A model generated the notes under the pieces. That model had not been told where the DNA came from. It did not search any database and saw only the letters and a program-made list of their open reading frames with translations. 64,000 nt of DNA from a virus (lineage: Duplodnaviria > Caudoviricetes). Where the stretch lies: positions 1,023 through 65,022 of IMG/VR virus record IMGVR_UViG_2894640787_000005; one strand, 5' to 3'. The translations under genes were made by a program, and so were the position numbers. Below are positions 57,106 through 64,000 of the stretch, in pieces. Position 1 is the first letter of the stretch. Each line of letters opens with the position of its first letter.

Positions 57106-57774
57106 CTATTCGTAGTCTGGTTCGATCATGGCACCCACCAAAAAATCAAGCGACAAGATTCTAACCACATCCGACCAGGGAATCACTTCGTCGGGCCAAT
57201 CGGGATTTCTCCGCTTAAGGGTGAAGGACTCCTCGGTGACATTAGTAATTCGGCCAACCATTTCGGTATCATAATCACTATACCGATAAATGGAAACGAT
57301 TTTCTGAGTCTGCCTCCATTCATCCGGTTTTAGTTGAAAAAAGGCAACAGTTGTATCTTTTGGCAACAAAGGAGCCATACTGTCGGTACGCAACGAAATA
57401 ACACCACCAAACGGAGACCGAATCAGGCTCAGGTAATTATCCTGATTGACAATCTCATACCCCATAGGTAATAGCAGGGGATTGGCAATGATGAGCTGCT
57501 CAAGGAAATAATTGACGAGTTGCAGGGCCGTAATGCGGGCCTGGGCAACGTCGTCAGGCAGGTTTGCCGGATTTGTCCGGTAGGGGGAAAGCGAGTTGAG
57601 TAAATTATACACCACTTCCTGATGCAGGGAGAGTCGATGACTTTTCCCTAGTTGGTCGCTCAGTAGCTCAAGTCTGGAATACTCCTTTTGATAGCTATAC
57701 CAAAGGGGAGGATCTATCAGGGGCTTACTAAGCTGGACTTTAGTCTCCGGGGTGGTTTGCTGACTATTATTCAC
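57106..57774 (-). CDS. Protein with C-terminal S24 (LexA/CI-type) peptidase-like domain and no HTH
   Basis: TDSMAPLL...MVGRI...FTLKRRNPDWPDEVIPWSDV; likely GTG start at 57774. Confidence 0.6.
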   Translation of the reverse strand: MNNSQQTTPETKVQLSKPLIDPPLWYSYQKEYSRLELLSDQLGKSHRLSLHQEVVYNLLNSLSPYRTNPANLPDDVAQARITALQLVNYFLEQLIIANPLLLPMGYEIVNQDNYLSLIRSPFGGVISLRTDSMAPLLPKDTTVAFFQLKPDEWRQTQKIVSIYRYSDYDTEMVGRITNVTEESFTLKRRNPDWPDEVIPWSDVVRILSLDFLVGAMIEPDYE

Positions 57775-58168
57775 GGCCCACCTCCTTTTTTGAATTGCAG
57801 GAGCGGGTATAGCCCGAATTGTCATCAAAAAACTCAAACTCTTCTTTCAACTTATTTACAAAAATAAGTTGAGTCACAAAATCACGTATCTCAGTTCTAT
57901 ACTTATTCAGATCTACATTCTTGTTGTCAATCCAGAATGAAAATAATTCAGACTGAAACTCGACACTTTTTCGGGAATCCCTAAAATCCCATGCCAGATA
58001 TAACAGGTCAAATAGGCCACTAAGTGCCTCTTTGTTGTTGGCAATCTTCCCAAGGAAAGCCCTTTGCCAATCATCCAGCGAAGGAGGTGTTTGGGCCGCA
58101 TTTTGGGCCATTGGTGGAGGTGGGGTTGCATAGTTGCCCCTACCCACGTAGCTTTGCTCCGTGTTCAT
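57767..58168 (-). CDS. Hypothetical protein
   Basis: Likely start MNTEQSYVGRGNYATPPPPMAQNAAQ; ends KKEVGRE. Confidence 0.7.
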   Translation of the reverse strand: MNTEQSYVGRGNYATPPPPMAQNAAQTPPSLDDWQRAFLGKIANNKEALSGLFDLLYLAWDFRDSRKSVEFQSELFSFWIDNKNVDLNKYRTEIRDFVTQLIFVNKLKEEFEFFDDNSGYTRSCNSKKEVGRE

Positions 58169-58335
58169 TTTGACTATAAGGTTAATGTTGAACATTAGCC
58201 CCTTCGCTCGTATCCGCCAAGATTTCTAGCGTTGGGGTTTTCTATTGATTATCAATAGACTGGCTTACTTCGTTGGGCAACCCACTAGGGTACTATATAA
58301 CTTTTGGGCTTCTCATTGACTATACAATATTAATA

Positions 58336-58360
58336 TAAACTTGCATTAAATGCAAGTTTA
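58336..58360. promoter_or_regulatory. Palindromic operator in the promoter downstream of XRE2
   Basis: taaacttgcatt-a-aatgcaagttta (12-bp arms), within minus-strand TTG-N20-TAATATTG. Confidence 0.65.
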
Positions 58361-58375
58361 AAGGCAAAAAAATAG

Positions 58376-58582
58376 CTATTCAAAACTGACCTTCAAATTC
58401 AGCCCTAATACGTTTGCTATTTTATGAGCTTGCTCAAACGAGACACTTTGCTTGCCCGCTTCATAGCGACTAAATGTACTTTCACTAACGCCAGTTTTCT
58501 CGGCTAAATCTTTTAGTGTCATTCCCTTTGCCTTACGTGCTTCCCGAATCAACTGCCCCACTTGTTCTGTAATCTCTGACAT
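58376..58582 (-). CDS. XRE-family HTH regulator (copy 2)
   Basis: IREARKAKGMTLKDLAEKTGVSESTFSRYEAG. Confidence 0.92.
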   Translation of the reverse strand: MSEITEQVGQLIREARKAKGMTLKDLAEKTGVSESTFSRYEAGKQSVSFEQAHKIANVLGLNLKVSFE

Positions 58583-58798
58583 ATTAATACTTGACTTTTA
58601 TATGGTAAAATACGTACTTTTTGACGAGACCTTTACCCAAAGTCACAGGTATTTTAATCAGCGACAAAATTACATGTAGCTACATGATTCAAGTCAGCTT
58701 GTGTAACAATATAAAGTGCATGATAAAGAGATTATAAGCTACTTGCTCAAAAATGAAGTTTCTTATATTTACACAATCAAATTACTATACTTGTACTT

Positions 58799-59827
58799 AT
58801 GGCTAAAGAAACCTTTGCGTTTATTGGAAATGTACTTTTGATCGACAAAAAAATAAAACTACCTTATGAAATAGTCGATAATCAATACTTAGAAAGAGCA
58901 ACAGAAGAACAAGTTTTGTGGATTAAAGGAAACTTAATTGAGACTTTACCTCCTCGAGACATTCACAGTTATTTATATTTTTACGAGCAGGAGATAACTA
59001 TAAAAGATAATAAAATTGATTATGGTAAACTGTTAACGAGTACGAATTGGAACTACTATGTAATTGTAAATAGAAATAGTCAATGGAATCATGAATTATT
59101 TACCCTTAGACCATGCCTATATCTGCAAAGTAAAATTTTCTTACCAATAGAGCTCCATTGGCCAACTGCGGAACGTGAAGAGCCTAGCCCACAAACTACA
59201 GGTGAAGCAGGCCATTTATTTTATGGCATGTTCACATTTGTTAACCAAGCTTATAATCCAATTAAAATAACGAAAACATTTCTAAATACAACAAAAAAAA
59301 TTTACAAACGATATGAAACCCTTTCAAGAAACGCGCATAATAATAAAGACTTTGAATATAGGTTTATATTGACTGCAATCGAATATTTTCGTCAGACTTC
59401 AAGAACATCTGACTTTTCAAAGATGAAAATTTTGGAATACTTCTCCATACTAGAGTTGTTGCTAACCCATGCCCCACAAGATACTGGCGACTCATTAACG
59501 AAACAATTAATAAATAAATTATTTTTATTAAACAATCGCTTAAAAGAACCCATTGATTACAGAAGTTTATTTGGTAACATTGAGTTTAAAAAATTAATCA
59601 CTTCATTATATGCTTATAGAAGTAGAATAGCGCATGGATCACCAGTAGAGTACTTGGGGCTGTTGGATGAAACTCATGATGGCAAGATTGTAAAATTTAA
59701 AGATAAGGAGCTGCAAGTATTGGTGAACTCTGCCACTATTAGTAAATTTTTAATAGAAACTATCACAAAACTATTAATTTACAGTTTAGAAGAACCTCAG
59801 CTTTTCAAGGATTTAAAAGCGTGTTAA
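58799..59827 (+). CDS. HEPN-domain protein (ApeA-like)
   Basis: C-terminal ILEYFSILELLL...SLTKQL...LYAYRSRIAHG with R-X4-H motif. Confidence 0.78.
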   Translation: MAKETFAFIGNVLLIDKKIKLPYEIVDNQYLERATEEQVLWIKGNLIETLPPRDIHSYLYFYEQEITIKDNKIDYGKLLTSTNWNYYVIVNRNSQWNHELFTLRPCLYLQSKIFLPIELHWPTAEREEPSPQTTGEAGHLFYGMFTFVNQAYNPIKITKTFLNTTKKIYKRYETLSRNAHNNKDFEYRFILTAIEYFRQTSRTSDFSKMKILEYFSILELLLTHAPQDTGDSLTKQLINKLFLLNNRLKEPIDYRSLFGNIEFKKLITSLYAYRSRIAHGSPVEYLGLLDETHDGKIVKFKDKELQVLVNSATISKFLIETITKLLIYSLEEPQLFKDLKAC

Positions 59828-59950
59828 TAATAGCTGTAATTTCACCCACGCCCCGGTTTCAAATAGCAATACGTAGAGTAAACCACCACAAAAAAAATGC
59901 TGGCACTAAAAGCACCAGCATTTTTGATTTAACCCATAATTTCTTGCTGC

Positions 59951-60259
59951 TTATATCGGCAACAAGTACAAGGTGGCCGTTGGTACCATGACTTGCTCCT
60001 GTTCAGGATGAGGTATTTGTCCTAGAATAGGCGACTTAGCCACCACCACCGAATAAGGGCTGGACTTACGATCCGCGTTAAGAACCGATACCTTATGCTG
60101 GGTCCCTACCTGAAACTGCGGACCAAAAGCAGTATCAAAATCAATCCAGCAGTCAGGGGCTAATTGAGTGGTGGATTGTTGTGAACTGTCTTTATACAGG
60201 AGAAGCCGAAGAAGGACTTCGGGATTTAGTAACGTAGCATTACTTTGTAGGGTGTTCAT
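59951..60259 (-). CDS. Hypothetical protein
   Basis: 102-aa ATG ORF, convergent terminator at 59892-59925. Confidence 0.65.
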   Translation of the reverse strand: MNTLQSNATLLNPEVLLRLLLYKDSSQQSTTQLAPDCWIDFDTAFGPQFQVGTQHKVSVLNADRKSSPYSVVVAKSPILGQIPHPEQEQVMVPTATLYLLPI

Positions 60260-60533
60260 ATAATATAGTTGTCATAGCACTATATTACACATAAAATATA
60301 TATTAACCAAAAAGGGCAAGTGTTTTGTAGGCTTAAAATAGCCGGTTAGTGGCCATATTAAATGTAGTTACATGTTTCGTCCCCGCTTGCGCAACAATGG
60401 CCATCCCTCCAAAAAAAGGGTATTTTTCCCGTAGGAAATAATGAGCAAATACCAGTATTTGCAGTTACAAGTTATTCGCACTAGGTAACGTTTACAAGTT
60501 ATTACTTGTAAACCTTAAAATTTTTACATTAAA

Positions 60534-61730
60534 ATGATCGTAAAATTAACTGGCTTTTTATTGCTTTATTTTTGCTTTTATAACGCAATTAGTCAAACTA
60601 CAGTAAATACGCTCCAAGAAAATGAGCTAGATCGTAATTTGCAATTAGCATGTAAATACATTAAAAAACCTAGCTTTAATGATTATGAGTGGGAGAAGTT
60701 GTTATTAAAATACCCAGATAGTACAGAGTTACTAATATTAGATATATGGATAAGGGATAGTTTTGAAAAGGAAGTTATGCATAAAGTAAGCCTTTTTAAT
60801 GATATTACTGTTGATAATTATTATCAATTGTCGAACTCAAGTATGAGAAAGTCTATTTCCTATTTTAGATTAAAAGATTTTTCGATGGGGATAGAATCTG
60901 CGAAAAAATATCAAGAAACGCTTAATATGCTATTGAAGTACAAAAAGTTTAATTCTCAAGTCCAGGAGCATATAAAAAATTATAATTCCATTGTAATGGA
61001 TAATCTAATATCAGATGCCTTAAAACATAATAATAATTTTTCTTCCCTGATAAGATTAATCCCTGAAAATTTGTTCTCAAATGATGAAATATATAATATT
61101 ATTATTGTTAAATTATTAGATAATGAGCGGTATTTTGAAGCAATAAAATTATCAATTGAAATTTTAAATTATGTTAAAAACAAAAAAACGGCAGTTGCTT
61201 TTTGGTACAATGCAGTAGATGAAATATTGGGAGATTTATATATGAATATATCATGGCAGCCGCCTAAGGGAAAGTCATCGAGAAGGGAAAATATTTTAGA
61301 ATACGTTATGAGGTATAATGATCAAGATGATTTTATTAGATTTGCACAAAATCCCAATAATATAATAAACTATTCGACGTTTAGCGTCGAGGAAGATAGA
61401 GCAGAGATTTTTGGCGCTTTTGTTAGATGCAATACTCTTAAAGATAATTGTGAGCTAACAAAAACAATAAGAGCAAGAATGAAAGAACATAATATTGAAT
61501 TAATATTAAAATATTATTTCAATCTTAGATTTCACTATAAATGGCCTCTATATTGTCTATCAGATATGCCTCTTCGTGTAGAAGTGCAACAGTATTTGAA
61601 TAATTATGAGCGCACTGTGCCAAAAGCTTACCAGAATAAAAACTCGGTAGAAATATTAAAAGGATTTTTAATGGCATATAAATATATGAAACAAAATGGG
61701 TGCAAACCTCTTCCGAAGTCAAATAAATAA
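60534..61730 (+). CDS. Secreted alpha-helical hypothetical protein (AT-rich)
   Basis: Signal peptide-like N-terminus, TPR-like helices, low GC. Confidence 0.7.
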   Translation: MIVKLTGFLLLYFCFYNAISQTTVNTLQENELDRNLQLACKYIKKPSFNDYEWEKLLLKYPDSTELLILDIWIRDSFEKEVMHKVSLFNDITVDNYYQLSNSSMRKSISYFRLKDFSMGIESAKKYQETLNMLLKYKKFNSQVQEHIKNYNSIVMDNLISDALKHNNNFSSLIRLIPENLFSNDEIYNIIIVKLLDNERYFEAIKLSIEILNYVKNKKTAVAFWYNAVDEILGDLYMNISWQPPKGKSSRRENILEYVMRYNDQDDFIRFAQNPNNIINYSTFSVEEDRAEIFGAFVRCNTLKDNCELTKTIRARMKEHNIELILKYYFNLRFHYKWPLYCLSDMPLRVEVQQYLNNYERTVPKAYQNKNSVEILKGFLMAYKYMKQNGCKPLPKSNK

Positions 61731-62616
61731 AGAAAGGCTAGAATTGATAAGTGTTTTATTGGGTATACTATCTACTATTAGTGCTGGAGTATATTTTCTC
61801 TATATTAATTTGAAAGCAGAACCTGATTTGAAAATACTGAGTGCTGAAGTTGTGTACGTTAAGTCTTACCCAGTTGTTAAAATGATAATTCAAAATACGA
61901 GTTCTAGCCCGCAGTTTATTAATAATGTAGAATACGAGCTAAATAATTCGAATTATAAGCATTATGATGTAGAGCCTTTAGGAGAACCTGTTCAAGTAAA
62001 ATACAATTGGCTTATTTCGAAAGACGATCTTTCTCTAAAGAAAAGTAGGAAGACTTTAAAAAAAATTATCATAAAAGATGAAATTTGTGAAATAAGTTTT
62101 ATTGTTGGATTTAAAGAGTTGAGATATAAAGTAAATATGGATGGGTATTTTAGGATTAACTATGGTGAAGATAAATATATTAGAACAAAAGATAGATTTA
62201 AATTGACTGTTGATAATGAGCTATTTAATTACCCAGTTCTTGATCTTCCTAGATCAGAAGATAGTTTAATGGTTATGCTAAAAAATACCGATGATGAATA
62301 CTCAAGAATTACTCTTATCAATGAAATTTCAGAAAGAAATATTCTACAATATTACAATTATATTGATTATGATCTTAAAAGTAAGGATTTGTCAATATTA
62401 TTAGCTGCTCTCCAGTATATCAAGAATAACCCTAGAAAAGACTATCTAAATAAAATAATAAATTTAAGTATGAGTATTGAAAGTGCACAAGTTAAACAAA
62501 AAGCTTTTGATATAATGCGGATTTATCCAAGTGAGTCAATTCAAATTTTGGATAAATTAGACCAAAATGAGTTGACTAGGTTTTATAAAAGCAGCCTACT
62601 ACAACATACTAAATGA
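61696..62616 (+). CDS. Membrane-anchored protein with C-terminal HEAT-like helices (AT-rich)
   Basis: N-terminal TM, beta-rich middle, helical C-terminus; overlaps upstream gene. Confidence 0.7.
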   Translation: MGANLFRSQINKERLELISVLLGILSTISAGVYFLYINLKAEPDLKILSAEVVYVKSYPVVKMIIQNTSSSPQFINNVEYELNNSNYKHYDVEPLGEPVQVKYNWLISKDDLSLKKSRKTLKKIIIKDEICEISFIVGFKELRYKVNMDGYFRINYGEDKYIRTKDRFKLTVDNELFNYPVLDLPRSEDSLMVMLKNTDDEYSRITLINEISERNILQYYNYIDYDLKSKDLSILLAALQYIKNNPRKDYLNKIINLSMSIESAQVKQKAFDIMRIYPSESIQILDKLDQNELTRFYKSSLLQHTK

Positions 62617-62713
62617 TCAATGTGCGTCCTGATAAGTGGGTAATGCTTTATGCTTATACTTGTTACCATTTCTTCTGTTCCCGTCTGGCAGTGCGATCAA
62701 AGGAGATGGAATT

Positions 62714-63988
62714 CTATCCTCCCTTTACTTTGTCCATAATGTTAATTACTTGTTCAGTGGGCGAAGTTGGCCCTTGCCCAAATCCTGGACCTGAGTCTAA
62801 TTTAGAAAGCAATCCGCTTCGAAGGTCTTTTTTATCTGCTTCCGTTTCTTTGTATAGCTCTATTATTTCTGCTTTAGAAAAAAGGTAACTTGCTTGTTGC
62901 TGATTGTATTTATAAATATTGAAAAATATTTGAACAAGGAATAATGTTAAAGCAGCTATTGCTACACGAAGAGTTATGTCAGGCCAGCTAATAGTTGATT
63001 GTCGTTCGATTTTTTCAAGTAGTAATTTATATGGGTCGATACCTAAAGTACCCTCTTGTAAAATATTTGAAAGACTTCTTTCTGAAGTTGGATTAACATA
63101 ATTACGCATTAAGGAGTCGATTTGAGTATAGATTTCTTTATCTATACTTGTTTTGTGTATTATTTTTTTTAACGCAAAATCAACCCTCCGTTTGAAAACA
63201 ATTTGACTTTCAATTGCGCGATTATATCCTTCGTGCTGCATATCTAGGATTTTTCTTTGTATTTCTATTTCTCGAATTCTATCAATTTGATTTAAAGCTA
63301 CAGTCCCAAGCGAAGCACTTCCGCCGATTGCGACTAATATTACCATAATAAACAGGCTATAGTTAGTCATTCTTGTGGAATATGCTGCTCGTGAAAGCAT
63401 GGATTTAATTACAGAATCCATTGCTGATTTGCCTATTCCTAAATTGAATTCAGATTTTACATATATTGATTCTTTTTTTTGATCACTCTTATCTTGGTCT
63501 TTATCTTTTCCTATATACCTAGCAGGCTTATCAACTTCTTTGATATTATCATTATCTAAAACCAAGTACCTATTTATTGATATGTTAACTATCATTAAAC
63601 CAAGTATGTCCGTAGCAATTGAAAACATAATTGGATTTAATGGGACAATATTTTTATACTTTAATGTACCTTGGAAGACCCTGAAAAGGTCGGGTATTAA
63701 ATAACGAGCAGAAAATGGCGCTATAATAAAGTAGAGATACATAATATAGCGCGTTTTACTCAACCCTGAAGTACGGTTTATTGAATTAATAATTCTTTCT
63801 AGAGTGTAAATTATTAATAATTGAAATATACAGTTATAAAAGTCCGTTTCTATATCAATAATATCTACGCCTGTTATATATCTGTATATTAAAAATGATA
63901 CAAATGTTGAGCTGACTATGTAAATAATAGTCCAATCAAAAGATAATTTAGATTGTGTTGAGCGGGTTGAAATATTGAAGATTTCCAT
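62714..63988 (-). CDS. Multi-pass membrane protein (AT-rich)
   Basis: About six TM helices and a coiled-coil linker; C-terminal LRVAIAALTLFLVQIFFNIYKYN segment. Confidence 0.75.
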   Translation of the reverse strand: MEIFNISTRSTQSKLSFDWTIIYIVSSTFVSFLIYRYITGVDIIDIETDFYNCIFQLLIIYTLERIINSINRTSGLSKTRYIMYLYFIIAPFSARYLIPDLFRVFQGTLKYKNIVPLNPIMFSIATDILGLMIVNISINRYLVLDNDNIKEVDKPARYIGKDKDQDKSDQKKESIYVKSEFNLGIGKSAMDSVIKSMLSRAAYSTRMTNYSLFIMVILVAIGGSASLGTVALNQIDRIREIEIQRKILDMQHEGYNRAIESQIVFKRRVDFALKKIIHKTSIDKEIYTQIDSLMRNYVNPTSERSLSNILQEGTLGIDPYKLLLEKIERQSTISWPDITLRVAIAALTLFLVQIFFNIYKYNQQQASYLFSKAEIIELYKETEADKKDLRSGLLSKLDSGPGFGQGPTSPTEQVINIMDKVKGG

Positions 63989-64000
63989 ATTGAATGGATT

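Larger units (their letters stand above)
12190..64000. mobile_element. Siphovirus-like prophage or prophage-derived element (left part; continues beyond the window)
   Basis: Syntenic head-tail morphogenesis genes, tape measure, antirepressors, XRE regulators, homing endonucleases; abrupt switch from host genes at about 12.2 kb. Confidence 0.85.

Overview
A 64-kb chromosomal segment from a Bacteroidota genome. Gene style and TAnnTTTG-type promoters suggest Cytophagales, Spirosoma-like (inference). (i) 1-12.15 kb is host backbone: two minus-strand tRNA-Ser genes (GGA, CGA), ansA, tatD, a GT2 glycosyltransferase and a polysaccharide deacetylase. Between the tRNAs is a decayed island with an IS3 relic, phage-like genes and a broken GH108 lysozyme. 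(ii) From about 12.2 kb to the right edge is a siphovirus-type prophage or prophage-derived element. Its minus-strand morphogenesis genes (scaffold, decoration, capsid, connectors, tail tube, tail chaperones with a -1 frameshift partner, tape measure, Dit/Tal-like, fibre/esterase genes) are split by a 19.3-kb cargo block between the tail chaperone and tape-measure genes. A second accessory block at 53.9-64 kb holds holin/Rz-like genes, a solo tnpB, an XRE-antirepressor module, a HEPN gene and AT-rich unknown genes. No integrase, terminase, portal or intact endolysin is visible inside the window; they may lie beyond the right edge. The most unusual signals are non-coding. A 41-bp bipartite palindromic site occurs three times as a direct repeat and partitions the cargo, and its first box also sits upstream of the scaffold and Dit-like genes. 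A 30-bp inverted repeat brackets an XRE/antirepressor/triple-endonuclease module. Two orphan IS605/TnpB right-end (omegaRNA-like) relics lie in the same element as an intact TnpB. All family assignments are by eye from motifs; no database searches were run.
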